A stretch of 64,000 nucleotides of DNA from Gnetum montanum (Eukaryota > Plantae > Gnetophyta). Where the stretch lies: contig MNCI01000286.1 in the NCBI GenBank assembly GCA_015680685.1, forward strand, positions 373,213-437,212. Direction: 5' to 3'. The position numbers and the translations under genes were made by a program. Below are positions 35,040-49,886 of the stretch, in pieces. The notes beneath the pieces are model-generated. The model saw nothing but the letters and a program-made list of their open reading frames with translations. It was not told the DNA's origin and did no database searches. The first letter of the stretch is position 1, and every line of letters starts with the position of its first letter.

Positions 35040-38000
35040 CTAGGTGTAGTACAGCTTCAGGTATGAATGGTTGATTGGCTTAGAAAACTCATTGCTATCT
35101 AGGTCAACAAGCTTGAATGCTCCATTGTCATAAGCCCTGGTGACCAAGAAAAGCCCTTCCTAGTTTCCTAAGAATTTATCTGTAGGTTCAAAAATGGCCT
35201 TGAGGACTAAGTCCCCTCTCCTAATTAGGCATTGATGCTAATTATGGTGATGCTCTTGCTATTAATTTTCTTGATACCATTCGATGCAATCAAATGTTTG
35301 CATGCACTCCTCCTCTATAGAGTCAAGATCAATGATTCTCATAGCATTGTTCTAAGCCTCATCAATGAAGCTTGAGAGAATTACATGGAGCAATGGAACC
35401 TACAATTCAAGAGAAAAAAATCACTTTAGACCCATATACAAGGCTATATGGCATCTTATCTATTACTATTCTACATGTTGTGCGATAGGCCCATAGTGCA
35501 TAGACCAGCTACTCGTGCCATCATCATTTGCTGCTACTAAGCATCATCTTCAGAAGTTTGACAATGACCTTGCTTGTGGCCTCCACTTGACCATTCACCT
35601 AAAAGTAGTATGGGGATGAGAAGGAATGCTTGATGTTGAGGTTTTCACAAAAGGCTTTGGTCTCTACACTGCTAAACTATGGTCCGTTGTCTATGAAAAT
35701 GGTCATGGGTAGGCCAAATCGGGTCACTATATTGTCAAGGATGAATTTTCAAACCTATTGCAATGTTATCTTCCTAAGGGGAATAGCTTCAACCCATTTG
35801 GTAAAGTATTCTATTGTGATTATGATGAAGCTATGTCCTATAGAGGACTTAGCTATGATGGGCCCTATGATATCCAACCCCCAACACGTGATCTATGTGG
35901 TGTGCACTTCAGTGGGTGGCACATGCATTAAGTTGTCATGCCATTGACACACGTTGCATGTCTTGACCTTGGAAATGCAACCACACTCTATTTAAGGCCA
36001 ATAGTAGCCTAAGCATCTGATTTTCAATGCCATTTCCCTAGGTGCTATGTGGCCTCTACACAATTCCTCATGGACTTGATCAATGATAGTTTGCACTTCA
36101 TTGTCACTAATGTAGGTCAGTAGTATACCATCATAGGATCTATGACAAAGTGTGCTATCACCTACAATGACGTACTACCACAACCATTTTTGCACTACAT
36201 CCATTTGGGTAGTGATTAGATGTTGTAGAGGCTCACCCTATTGAAGGTATGCCTTAATGTCATCATACCATTCTTGTGCGTGAGTTGTGCTTGTTGTGGC
36301 TATAGATGCAATGTCAATTACTTGCATGATGGGCTCAATGCAATCTGTTATTAAAGTGGGTAAGGCATGAAACATGTTAGGTGCAATTCTTAAGGCTAAT
36401 GTGGCTAATGCATCAACAATGGCATTCTCATTATGGGGGATGTGCTAGATATCTACAGTTATAAGCCATCAAAGTAAGTGCTTTGTCAAGTCACAATAAG
36501 GTTGTAAATGTTGTGCTTTACAAGTTTAATCCTCTATAACTTGGTTGATGACTAACTTCAAATTACCTTGGATTGCTATGTTTTAGATTTCTAGGTCACA
36601 AGCTACTATAAGGCCTCTAAGGAGACCCTCATACTCCACTACATTTTTAGTATAAGGAAATGCAAAGTCATAACTAAAGGATCAGATCTCCCTAGAAGGA
36701 AGCATGATGACAGTAGCGGCACTACCCCCTTGAGAGGTTGAAGCACCATCGACATGTAAAATTGCCTCAAACCTGGCAAGCACTTGGCTTATATTGCTAA
36801 CATGCACATCAAGGAATTTTGGATCTATCATTGCTTGATCATTTAATGGTGAAGCTATTAGTTCTATGGCTATTGCTTAACCTTTGGTTGATGCTTGCGC
36901 TATGTAATGCAAGTCAAACTCCACGGTTATTACTTCTCACTATGTAATTTGACTAATTTCATAGATGTTCATTGTGATTACACGAAGTACATTTCTTTTT
37001 CAAATGATGTTTACTTGGCTTTGGTAAAGATAATGCCTCCACTTCTTAAGTGCAAAGACTAGGACGAGGTAATTCTTTTCCACATCATTGTGTTTTTCTT
37101 CATGGGCCACTAATGCATGGATTAGGTAGTATACAGGGACCTCTAAGCCATCATCTTGCTTTTGGCAAGGTAGAGAAGTGATGGACATATTACAAGTTGC
37201 AAGGTAGATGTAAAAAGATTTATCTCCTTGCAGAGGGTAGATTGTTGGAAGCTAAGCCAACTCCTGTTTGAGGTTGTCAAATGCCTCTTGGCATTGAGCT
37301 ATCCATTCAAAGTGAACTCCCTTTTTGAGAAAATGTTACATTGGTTGTAGCTTATCAATCAATCATGCGATAAACCGACATATGAATTACAATCTACCTT
37401 GTAACCCACATAGCTCCTTAAGGTTAGTTGGTGATGCTAAGTTAATGATGGCCTTAACCTTATCAAGGTATAGGCATATACCTACTTCTAATACCACAAA
37501 GTCTAGCATGCAACCCATCTTAATGCTAGAGAAAAAATTCTTAGGATTTAGTCTAAGGTCATGTCTAAGGCAACGTTTGAGTGCATGGTCTAAGTCATCT
37601 ACATGATCATGTGCCATCTTGGACTTAACTACTATGTCATCAATGTAGTCATTGAGCAAGTCTAATAAGTAGTCGCTAAATATGTACATCATGGAGCATT
37701 GGTAGGTTGATCCTACATTCTTTAGTTTGAAAGGCATCATTGTATAGAAAAATGTACCCCAAGAGGTCATGAAGGTCATACTAAGTAGGTGCTCCAAGTT
37801 GATCTAAATCTAGTTGTACCTAGAGAACCCATCCATGAAGGACAACAAGGCATGACCAGCCATAGTACCAACTAGTTGGTCAATGTTAGGCAATGGAAAA
37901 TCATCTTTGATGGTCACCTTGTTTAGGTCCTAGAAGTCTATGTAGATGCGTATGCTTCTATTTTTCTTAGGTACAACCTTGATGTTGGAAACCTAGTTTG

Positions 38001-38532
38001 CATAGTCAACTACCCAGATGAAACCAGCCTTGTAGAGCTTGGTGACTTCATTATGGACTACTAATGCCACCTCAAGCCTAATCTTATGGGCCCTCTATTT
38101 AACTGGTTTTATGCAAGGATTAAGGATCATGTTTTACTACACTATGCAAGGAACTAGGCTTGGCATGTCCTCGTAGGACCATGCAAACACCTTAATGTTA
38201 TCCTTGAGAACTTTCATGATGCTTTGGGTGTGCTTAGGCTCTAACAATAAACTAAGTTTCGGTGTCTTCGCCTCGTCAATGAGTGTTTCTATAGGTACTT
38301 TCACGAGGGAATCCTTAGTGACATCACCTACCTCCAAATTGAGAGCCCTAACTAGATGGTCAAGCCAATTTAGTGATGCTTCTACTAATGTTCCATAGTC
38401 ATCACGAACCGTGGGCTCAAGGTCTAGGCATTAGGCATCAATGCATCAAATGAGATCACCATGAGGACCAGTGAGGACCATAGGTAAATGAAGACACTTA
38501 TATGTGCTCATGTTGTAATCCTATGACATATC
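35040..38532 (-). pseudogene. T2 pol: RT, RH, aRH, integrase
   Basis: VFAWSYEDMPS, DYIDDIVVKS (37387-37797), YYLIHAL..E.NY..LVFALKKWRHY, aRH HVDGAS; integrase colinear with T1. Confidence 0.95.
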
Positions 38533-41089
38533 CTATAAAACAACCAGAAAGAACATCAAATTGCACCTATCTTAATAGAGTCACAATGCATAAAATGAGG
38601 AAAGCAATGCAACTAGAAATTGCCTAAATGTGCAAAAGTAGATTTAGAAAAGTAAACATCTGAGTTGGTTTTGGGCCTTAGTACACCATGGATAGCCAAT
38701 TTAAGATCTTAGCAAACCATGATTTGCCAGTTTAAGATCTTAGCATACCATTTTTTATGTAAGATGCATTAGTTCAAGCAAGGTAGACAGTATCTAGAAC
38801 ATGGAATTGGGCTAAGCCTTTGTTGGGAAACTAGAAAAAATATCAGAAAATTTTCAAGGTCTAGAAATCTTTACAAAAATTTCAAAAAATTTCTAACTCT
38901 AGTTGCTACACTCACCCCTTGCTATGCTTGCCCCCTTGCTATACTCCATAAAAATCCAAGAAAATTTTCCAAAGTGTTGATGCACCAATGTCATAGGTGG
39001 CACATTTAATTACCCCAGGGGGTATATATGTGCATTTTACCAAGTGGTAAACTATCATTTTCTTATGCAAAAATGAGAAATTACATAGCGTAGTGTGGTT
39101 AAAGTGAGGTGTGGAGCCCAGAGCATAGCAAGAAGAGTGAAGCACCAAAGCGCAGCACCCAAGCATGGTGCTAGGATGATGTGCCATAGTGACCATCAAC
39201 ACCCTGGACTCACCAATGCAAAAGAGAGAAGGTGAGTCCTAGAATGCCTACTATGGATGTAGGTGAAGAAGAGGAGAGAACTAATGACCACCAAGTATGC
39301 TTGCCTCCTTTGCACCATTCTTTTACTTCTACCTACCACTGTGCCTACATTGGGGTTGAAGGGTTGGAAGGCGACCTTCATTAGGTGAGGACCACCACTA
39401 CCATGGCCACCAGGGTTGTGCAATAAGAGAGAGAAAGCATATTGATGGGCAATGGGTATGTATTGATGTTTTTCTTTAGTTTTGTGCTTGCAATGAATGG
39501 GACAAGGGGTAGCATGTAGGCTACAAGGGTTTGATGCATCCTTTTGGATGATGCAAGGAGGGTCCATTGCAAACATTTCCTATTTATTCTTAAGGGCCTC
39601 AATGCATAGGGCAAGGGAGAGGGGATAAACAAGGGTTTTGTTTTCACTTCTTGCATGGTCATAAAGCATTGGAATGATGTACGGAGGGGAAGATAAGGTT
39701 TACCCTAGAAATGTACTAGGGTTTCCTACATATTTGTTTTCTCATTGTGCCTCACTAGGATCCATGTCGCATGGGGGATGGTGGATGGGACAAACATGGG
39801 ATTTCATCATGGCTATGGCAGGGCATGTGTGGCCAGGTTTTGAAGGGCCATGGAACTCCCTTGTTCCTTTTTTTCTTTTTCTATGCTTCATCAATGCATG
39901 GGTGAGGGTAACGGCAATGCAAGAGTGTGTTAGGGTTCTATCCCCTATATGTTTATGTTGGCTTTGGTGGTGAGGCTTGGCAGATGGAGGATTGGGGCAA
40001 GGGTTAAGCCATTGTGGTCTAGGATGGCCACAGCCAAGGGATAGGATTTTGATACTGCTAATTTTGTGATGTGGGGATAATGCAGGGTGAGGGTAAAGAA
40101 GAGGGCTAAGCATCATAGGACAAGAAATATGCAGGGAAAGCCGTAGGGATGGGAAAAGGGCCAATGGCATAGTCACAGGGATAGCAACCGCAACAAGGAG
40201 GTGAATGGGATCAGGGGGTTACCAAGGCAATGGCTATGGTGCACACCCTAGCATGCACCACTAGTGTGTGATGGTGTGATGAAGTAGGGGCAAGATAATG
40301 AAGTTGTGCAGTGGTGGAGGTGACACTTAGGTGTAATTTCATGCTTTGGAGGCTACACTCCCTAAGGATCATGGCTAGCACTTGGGGTGCTACACTGTCA
40401 ATAGTTAGAATTTTTCTTTTGCTATTTTTTGCATATTTTTTGGGGCCTACATTCCCTAGGAAGAGTAGCCAATAGTTAGAAAATTTTGGTTGTTCTTTAG
40501 GGCTACACTCCCTAGGGAGCATTGCAGATAGTTAGCATTTTTTTACTAAATATTTTCATGGGTTACGCTCCCCAAGGAATAACCTAGAGTTAGAATTTTT
40601 CAAGCATCCTAAGCTACCCCATCCAAAGATAGAAACAATTTAGAGGATTTTCCAAGTACAAAGGGTAAAGAATGCCAAATTGTAATGAAATGCCAAACAT
40701 GCAATGCTAAAGTGTGAGAATGCTAAATGCTAGAATGCCACATCAAACAAAAGTGCTTAATGTGCTAGAGCTTGCCAAAATGCTAAACTTGCAAATTGAT
40801 CATGTAGAACCACCAAAACATGCAAATTGGGACAAAGCTAATAATGCAGGTGTAAACTAAAATTCTAATGCTACGTTAGTACTATACCCTAATGAGAACC
40901 AAGCGAGTCAAATAGGTATTGACATCTTGTACCCATGGGACCTCATGGGGGATCCTAAGGATATATTTCTAAGTTGTGCTATTTTGGGTTAAATTTGCTA
41001 ATTTTACCTAAGTGTGAGTTAATATTTTATGCCAAAATGCAATCTATTGTGTGCTAACACTATGTTCATTTGTTGTCTTACAATTGTAG

Positions 41090-44000
41090 AGTGCTACTAA
41101 AGCCTGTCTTAGTCATCATGGAGCTCATCAACATTCTATCCTAGATCAGCAAGCCTATGTCCAACACACCTACACACGATATGAAGTTAGGTCATCAGGA
41201 GATGTGGTTTCAACCAAGGTCATCCAAATTCCTAGCTTACTTGCTACAACACTTTAATGTGATCATATGGTCATACTTGGCAGTGAAGGCTACAAGCATC
41301 ATCACTGAGACGCTATTGGCCAAGGCCAACTAGGACATATTGAGATTCATATCTGATGAGCCCATGACTAGCAGTGATCGAGCAAGTGGCCTAGGACTAG
41401 GTCCCATGAGCATTTCTCCCTTAGTCAGGCTCTAGAGCATGCTAGAGTTATCTTGTTATAATAAGAGCAACACCCTTTTCATTGCTATGTTCATGCATAT
41501 AGTCTTCTAGAACCCACCTGGGACTGTATATTGTGCCAAAGGGTAAGTGCTCTTACTTTTCGTCATGTCTCATTGTTATCTTCCATGCTAGATTTGCTAA
41601 CTACTGACTACAGATGTCTAATGCTAGGTTTAAAGTTGATTATGAGGGACTTCATAATGGGACAAGGGCTCTTACTTTGACCCATACTACACTAGAGGTA
41701 TTTTCCTCTAGTCCAAGCTTTTAGGACACCATTATTAAATAGGTGGGAAAGGACTTAGAGAACTACCCCACCTAGTACCCAAAGGCATTTGAGCAGTGCC
41801 AAAACTATGATTGGATTAATGAGGGATGGACTAGAAATAAGCCTATCTTCAGAGAGCTTGTTGCACCACTTCCTCCATCATGTACACCGTTTGTTCCATG
41901 TGGGTGTTATCGGCCATGTCTCATTGTTATCGGCCATGCTAGATTTGCTAACTACTGACTACAAATGTCTAAGGCTAGGTTTAAAGTTGATTATGAGGGA
42001 CTTCATAATGAGACAAGGGCTCTTACTTTGACCCATACTACACTAGAGGTATTTTCCTCTAGTCCAAGCTTTTAGGACACCATTATTAAATAGGTGGGAA
42101 AGGACTTAGAGAACTACCCCACCTAGTACCCAAAGGCATTTGAGCGGTGCCAAAACTATGATTGGACTAATGAGGGATGGACTAGCAATAAGCCTATCTT
42201 CAGAGAGCTTGTTGCACCACTTCCTCCATCATGTACACCATTTGTTCCATGCGGGTGTTTATTATGTTGGCTTAACTTTTATTGCTTGTTCTCATGCACC
42301 TATTAATCGCATGATGCTAACATTGTGTTTGCCCATGTTACAACTACCATTGCTTCAAGAGACATGATAGTGGTTACCACTAGCCGTAGTGAGGCCATCC
42401 TCATTATGAAGTATAGTGATGTAGAGGGGATGCAAAAGTGGCTATGCCATCAGGCCTCAAAGGCTTTGACTAGTCAGCTTACATGTGCTAGGTTAATGAA
42501 CCTTTTCTTGGCCCTCAGCCCAAGCTCTCTAGTGGTCAAGATGATGACTATCATTGATAACTTCAGCCATAATGCCTACCACTTTGTCACTCATGTGCAT
42601 GGAGTGAGGGTAGTCTTGGACCTCAATGATGCTTTATTCACTAACTTCTTTGGCCTTTCCTTTGAGGGCCTATCAATCATTGACAGGCCCAATCGAGAGG
42701 TGGACAAAAGGGAAACGATTAAAGGGTGGCTAGGAGACACTCACTCTTATAAAGGCATCATGATTAGTGATGTGTGTGTGCCTAAGGTCTAGATACTTTA
42801 CCCTCTTTTTCATGCTTGTAACTTTCTTAAGCTACTCTCCCAAGGAAAGGTCCTTGGGATGGAACAGGCATGGATGATGCAAGAGGCCATAGAAAAAGGT
42901 ACTAGGTTTAACTAGGCCTCCTCTATCACTACCAAAATATAGGCAAAGATTACCAGGCTTCGCCACAATGTCCATGCAAGGTCTCACTTTCACTTTGCAT
43001 TCTTTGCAGCCTATCTGCAAAGGCTTGTGAAGTTCCTAGTGATCATGGGTAGTGGGCATTGGGTTGTGCAAGATTGCAAGCAGCTATCCAAGCCATGGGT
43101 TTAGCACTTATTCACCACCACTCATGTGCAGGACCCTCCAGAGGGGATTGAGAATTCATATTCAATTATGAAAAAGGCACATCTAGGGAGGTTATAGTCA
43201 CATTATTCCTATGACAGCATGAGTGAGTATCCACCAACTATTGTTGGGGATGTGAACAGGGTTGAGCGATACATTATGGAGACGATGGGGCTCTTCAAGG
43301 CAAAAATGAAGATACCCAACTGAGGAGACTCCCCCTACGATTGGACAAGCAAGCATTAAGAAAGTCTAAGTCAAGATACCCACACTTCATTCAGTGGCTG
43401 TAGGTCAGTGTACATTCTAAATGCATTTGGCTTATGTTTATTTTTTGTTATATTATGCTAATACTACTACTCTATGTTTGTGAATCAGGCAAGAGGGCTA
43501 CTAAGGAAGCAATGGAAACAATAGCAGAGGTAATAGACACAACCCCTCCTTAGGTTGAAGAGGAGGTAGCACACGAGGAGGAGCCATCGAAGGCCCTAGA
43601 GATCTCCCAATAGTTTGATGTGGAGGGGTTTTTCCACCCTGAGGGTGACTTTTCCAACCTCTTTAACAATGTGCAATTGGGAGATCCACCCACGTTGATA
43701 TCTAAGGGCTTAATCGGTGAGCACTTTGTGTTACCATTTATCCTTACCCTTTACTCTTAAGCATTTAACTACTCAATTATCACTAAGTGTTATGTTGTGT
43801 TGTATTGCAATCTCAAATCTTCTTACTAGCGATCCATTGCTAGTGCCTACCCACTGCATGAAGCCATGGGTAAAGACACCAGATAAATTTGCCTCTATGA
43901 AAGACATCATGGAGAAAATGGTGGATCACACATAATAGGTGGATCCAAAACTTGGTATGTATGTCATTTTTCTTGAATTATTTTACTAATTCCATGCTTA

Positions 44001-45057
44001 ATCTGTTGCTAATATTGGTTTGTTCATTGTATGCTAATAGGCTCTAAGCTTCATTGGGATCCAAACTGGGTAGCTCATGTGGATGCCATCCCTAAGTATC
44101 TTCTCGAGATGAAGCAAGTGCCTCATCATGTATATGAGGTAGTGAGCAAGTGCATGCTTTCCAATGCAAAGGCATTGTGGACCTATAGGTGCTAGAATGA
44201 GCGCCTATGGAAACATGTGCACAAGCTCCATGAGACAGTGGTGAGCTTGACTACAAAGAACGAGGACCTTCAATCCTATTATGATTTCTTGTCAACTTGA
44301 GCATAGATGGATAATACCTCGTGGACATAAAAGATAGATTATGCCAAATACTGGTTAGCAATTTTAGGTAAGAACGAGGCTACCTGGGAGATTGTCGAGT
44401 AGAGGTTGCAAATGGATCTACTCTCTCAAAAAACTCAGGAGTGGAATAGCTTCAGCACCAAGGTGTGTAAGTGGGGTCATACGTAGAAGGACCACAAGTG
44501 CCACTACAAGCATGAGTAGAACACCTATTTGGAGTAGCTCAAGGATGACTTTGTGAAGGACCATCACCTTGAGATGTTCATTGAGGTGATTGGCAAGAGT
44601 TGAGCCTTCGAGCTGTTTGCTCAACATATAGTGGTTAATGACTTCCTAGAGTGAGAGATTACCCTACCCACAAGGGAGACTTCTACAACCACCTTTTCTA
44701 TGCAACCTCGTACATGGACTACCATGGATGATGACAAGACTCTTGCGAATGTTGACTTTAACCATGAGAACTAGACATGGTTATCAAATATCAAGATTTT
44801 CTAACACTTGGAGGAGGGCCTTGATAGATTGCCCCTAAAGTTTGATGTAGGATCCTCTTGGGTTAGTTTCTCTTTTATTTTTTATGCTTTTTATGTGTCA
44901 ATTTTTCACGTTAATTTGTATTTTAGTTTTGCACTTACTAATTAATTTGTTTTTTTGTATTGCTTTTGAGTAGGCACTAGGCAATGTTGCAAGCTCCAGC
45001 GGAGTAGCAAAGGAGGAGGAAGAGGAGCCTCAACCCCCACCAAACACCACCAGCTAA
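41090..45057 (+). pseudogene. T2 antisense multi-exon cargo gene (counterpart of 12103-15491)
   Basis: Exons 41090-41542, 41628-41899 (duplicated at 41979-42250), 42344-43403, 43489-43716, 43811-43954, 44041-44861, 44974-45057. GT-AG sites with CTAAC-like branch points. Confidence 0.82.
41564..42265 (+). repeat. Near-identical 351 bp tandem duplication
   Basis: 41564-41914 is repeated from 41915. Confidence 0.95.
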
Positions 45058-45211
45058 GAAAACCTAATGAAGCCCTACTGTTAGGAAATTTTGCACTTTG
45101 GCCATTTTTGTCACATGGTCATGCTATGTACTCCTACTAATGGAAATATAATAAAACTTATACCTTTTGCAATGAGGATTTCCATTTCAAGCCATAAATA
45201 AAATGAAAAGT

Positions 45212-45535
45212 GTTGCTAATTTTGGGCCATGGCAAGCCACAAGGTGCCAATTTAAGGCCATGGTGGGCCATGTGCTAGTTTAAGGCCATTTTGGTCCATG
45301 GTGATGCAAGAAAGATTGCCAATTTAAGGCCATGATAGGTTGTGTGCTAGTTTAGGGCCTTTTTGGACAATGGCAATGCAAGAAAGGTTCCCAGTGTAAG
45401 GCCATGACAGGCTATGTGCTAATTTAGGGCTTTTTTAAGCCATGGTGATGCAAGAAATATTTCCAATTTAAGGCCATGGCAAGCCATGGAGTGGGAGAAA
45501 AATGTTGCTATTTTTAGGCCATAGCAGGCTATGGC
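45212..45535. repeat. Array of GCCAATTTAAGGCCATG units with ~72 bp higher-order dimer
   Basis: Alternating 28 and 44 bp units read directly. Confidence 0.85.
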
Positions 45536-45777
45536 GATATACATCTTCTTTTTGTGATTTTAAATTTTATGATTTTTGTGTATCTTAATGTTTTTGTTTT
45601 AATGCATAAGAAAGCTAAATGAAAATGCATAAGCAAAAAGGAAAAATCCAGAACAAAGTAAATGGTGCAAAACATAGGCAACCATGCAAAATGCAAGTAC
45701 ATAAGTAGAAGGCAAGTGGGACATGCGAAGACCAAGGGTAGGCAAGCACCTAGCACCTATTGAACTAAGGGGATGCC

Positions 45778-48700
45778 TTAATCATGTAGTTGCTTCATAA
45801 CCTAATGTGGGCTAGGAGGTGCATAGGGATTAGGTAGCACAAGGCAACATTTTCCTATACCTTCATTGTTGATGCTAAAAGATAGTTCTGCCCATAGAGC
45901 TTCCTCAGGGAGGGTATCGACCATTTTTAACACTTCAAATGGGTCTGCTAGACAAGGTTGATCCTTATCCTCCATGGGTGGAATGTCATCAATTAACTCT
46001 ACCTTTAACCCTTGGCTTGTGTCAACATTGTTGATGGTTGGAGGGACCGAACTGTCACCATGTATGATCACTTCTCCACCTTTGTATGGAAGGTGGATCT
46101 CTTGGTGAATGGGCGAGGAGAATGTTCATAATTAGGCTAGCTAAGGCCTTCCCAAAATCAGGTTGAACCTAGGCATCTCCTCGACAATAATGAATTCAGC
46201 CATAGTGGGGAATTGCTCATCTACCATGAAGGCTATTGCAATTGTTCCCTTCACAAAAACATGTGATCCATTATAGGACTTGAGGCATGTTGTCTTTGTG
46301 GCTTGGATTTGGTTGGTGAGACCGAGCTTGTCAACAATTGAAAATGGAATGACATTAGTCACCACCTCATCATCGACATGCACCCTACGAATCTTGCATG
46401 CCCTACGCAGATGGTTATAAACATCAATGCAGTGGTGACCTAACCCTTTTTAGGGTTGACCTTGATTGCCTTATTATGAAACACTAAAGGCATTGAACCC
46501 AATTCTTGAGGTGAAGGAGAAAGCATCACATTGTAGACGGCTTGTTCCTCCACTAGGATGTTCTCCTTTATAGGAATGAAGGCCAACATGTGAACTAGTG
46601 CTTCACGGTGAATGGAGGAGGTCATCACCAAGTCATATAGGCTCAAGGTTGTATTTTTTTATTTCAGAGCCTACTTGACTTATGCCAATGTGTCTAGAAA
46701 GTCCTTACCACTATCAGTTGCCTTGTTAACCTTTATCTACTCCATGCAATCCAAGAGATAAATCTCCTAGGAAGGAGATTTTGGCTTGGTTTGTTTTGCC
46801 TGCCTGTGAGCCCCAATGCTTAGTTGTTGATCACTTGTGTTGGCAACTTCGGATGATGTGACCATAGGAATGTTAGATAGGGGGATGGGCTTAGGTAGAC
46901 CTAGCACCATGCATTCCCTCATCATTCGATCAATGAGGTGCTCATTTGGCCTCTTGGGCTACCACCTCGATTTCCTGGTGTTATATGCAGGATGAGGCCT
47001 TGGGTAAGTAGGGCCTATTGTAATCCCCACCATCGAAGTTGGCAAAGGGTCCATAGTTGCAGCAACCTAATGATGAAGGGTGTATGGGTTGCTTTGGCCA
47101 CAACATGCTATGGGGCCTTAACCACAAAGGATGTCATGGGTGCCCAAGGTGATGCTCTAATGAAAAAAGGGATTCTTGGGTTGGTTGATGCTAGAGAGGC
47201 CCTAATGTTATTAGAGGTAGATGAACCACAAATGATTCTCATGTTAATTCTACATTGTCATCAATGCTGATGACATTGATGAAATAGCTTGCGCTACTTG
47301 CATTGAGAGGGTCTTTGTAGACCTTCATTAATTAATTTTCTGGGCAAACTGGGTTGGTTGCATCAAGAACCAATTAGCCTTGGTCAATCATGTGTTGTAC
47401 ATCATCCTATAAGGCCATGAAAAAATCGGTGTCATGGTTAAGAAATTAATGGTAATGGTAGAACCAATCCAACCTGAAGTGATTAGGGACTAGAGGTTCA
47501 TCTGGTGTAGCCATTGATGGATTCTTAAGGATCTTATAGTAGCAATCATAATGCTTGTAAGCATCTTCAAACATTTTCTTCTACTGGATGCACCCAACAC
47601 TAAGCAACTAACCTAAAAGTTTCAATGGCTTGATGGGCAATGGTATATACTTTGAGTAGTCCTTGCACTTAAAGTTTGGCCTTAGGGCAACTTGCCCTAT
47701 GGTTGTCGATGGTGCAGGTTGGTTGGTCACAACAATGCTAGAGCTAGTTTCCTTGTTGTTAACTAGGGCCTTGGTTGCCTTGGTTATTGGTTTGGCATTG
47801 TGCAACTTGGCCTCATTGGCCACTACTGTAACCATTGTTATTACCTTGCCCTTCTCCTTATCTTTCTTCACATGTGCATTCTTGTAGGCCACATAGGCTA
47901 GATCCTTACTAGCTTCTACCACATCCTAAATGCTCTTTGTTTGAGCGAATGCATAGCTCAAGGAGTGCAGGGCAAGGTAGTATAGTTCTGACTTGATGAA
48001 GTTATTCACTGCACCTTTGAAAATAGCCAATAGGTGGGTTTCTGCAATAGGCTCATGGATTTCATTAAGTATAGCACTCCATCATTGGATGAACTTTTGA
48101 ATGGGCTCTAAGTGGCCCTACTTGATTTGCATGAGTTGATCCAAGGTTCCCTTAAGCTTCAAGTTATACTTAAAGTGAGTGACAAATTCACTAAGCAAAT
48201 CCTCCAACAAATATATGGAGGCCTTAGGGAGCACATGGTACCAATCTAGTGCCTTTTCGATCAAGGACATGGCAAACACATGAATGATTGCATGTAGCCA
48301 CACCTACAATAAAAGGCACTTGGACTAGAAGGTCATTACATGGGCATTGGGATTCCCTTCACCATTATATTTGGTGAACTATGGAAGTTGGATGCCAAGA
48401 GGCAAGGTCAACAATGGGACAACAAGACTAATAGAATCATCCCAATAGAAGTCCATCACTTGGACCATATCAAAAGAGGTGGCCTTAAGTCATTTGACCT
48501 CTTCAGTGAGTGTTTAAATGAGATGGAACACCTAATCCAAGCTCGGTGTGGGTGCAATAGGCTATTTTGGTTGTGTGGCCTGCTATGCTATTGGTGTGGT
48601 CCATGATCCCATTGTGGGTTGTGTGATCACATAGGATGCTTGTTGAGTGTATTATTGTGGAGGCTATTGCATGTGTTGCTGTTGCATGTGTTATGCCCAA

Positions 48701-49498
48701 GCCATGGAGGCAAGGCCTCACCACATGGTTGTGGCTTCAGCTATCATAGGGGACACCACCAAGATAGGTGGGATGTATGACACCTGACTCGTGTGTGGCT
48801 AGGACATCAGAACTGTGTGCATGTAGGGTTGCTTTGTCATCATAGATGCTAGCATAGAGGATTACACATACTATGCCAAGACCACGAAGGGTGGGATGAT
48901 AGATGGTCCTGCACCCTAATGCATATGCTCTTGATGGCTTGCTACAATAGGCATTGGCCTACGTGGTGACAAAGGAAACATTACTACCTCAAAGAAGGTA
49001 GATGGCTAAGATTGCAGGGGAGAAACATTAGAGGTAGATGATAGGAAAGAGACATAGAAGGGATTCTCATTCTCTAAGTGAGCCTCAAATTCCTCTTGCC
49101 CATCCTGCAAGGGCTCCTCATAGGTAGTTGTTGCATCATTTTCATTCAACCCACTTAGTTGGATGAGTTGGTCAAGCATCCACTGAAAGATCTCGATGAG
49201 GGGGATGAGATCATTAGGGGTAGGGAAGTATTCCCTCCTATTTCGATGTATGAGCGCCTTGCTTTGTATCTAGCTCTTGGTGGTCCAAGGGGATGCTTGC
49301 CTAGAGTTTTATGCAAAGGAAGCTGTATTTGTCTTTATCAAGCACCATGTGCTTAGGAGATAGGTTATAGATCCTAAGGGATTACCTTCCCACAAAGATG
49401 GGGCCCCTAGCCCTAGGAATGTCAATTGTGAATTCTTCCTGAATAGGTCAAACCATGATCATGCTTGAGGCGGAGGTTGAAGGCTCTTTAAGGTTCAT
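45778..49498 (-). pseudogene. T2 gag-protease
   Basis: ALDWYHVLPKASI gag core (48118-48303), protease HVDD..TN..FNLILGRP (46141-46383), stop 45778 equivalent to T1 16265. Confidence 0.88.
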
Positions 49499-49886
49499 GC
49501 TACTATGAGAAGATGCAAAAGGTGCAACACTAGAAAAGAAATGGCTAAGTACAATGATTGCTGAAAAAAGATAAGCATAGAAATTTTGAAATGATAGCTA
49601 ATTCTAAGAGTGCTACTAGAAAAAAAGTGTCTAACTTTGGTGCTACACTCTCATGCTAAGGACAAGCTATGCTCTTCCTAGCATACAAAGTTTAGGGTCC
49701 AAGTGTAAAAAATACACTTTGGCTTCCATCCTATAGGATTCCAGGGGAACTGACAATTGGGACCAATCTACACCAACCGGCTCATAGAAAATCACAGGGG
49801 TGTCATGTCTACACTAGTTTGAAGCTAGTAATGGAGGTGCATAGAGCACACAATACTACCATTAAATGTAAAAGGAAATGGCACAA

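Larger units (their letters stand above)
38533..45801 (-). other. Inferred giant PR-RT intron of T2 (7.27 kb)
   Basis: Donor (C>T)AG|GTTATG at 45801; acceptor TTCTTTCTGGTTGTTTTATAG| at 38533; the phase-0 join is in frame with RT. Confidence 0.65.

Noticed and set aside
39196-40522. Cluster of 90-144 aa ORFs
   Set aside because: Not conserved in the homologous T1 region; His/Cys/Met-rich composition is typical of deaminated non-coding DNA.
45212-45535. Hammerhead ribozyme (retrozyme-like) repeats
   Set aside because: No CUGAnGA...GAAA core was seen on either strand of the units.
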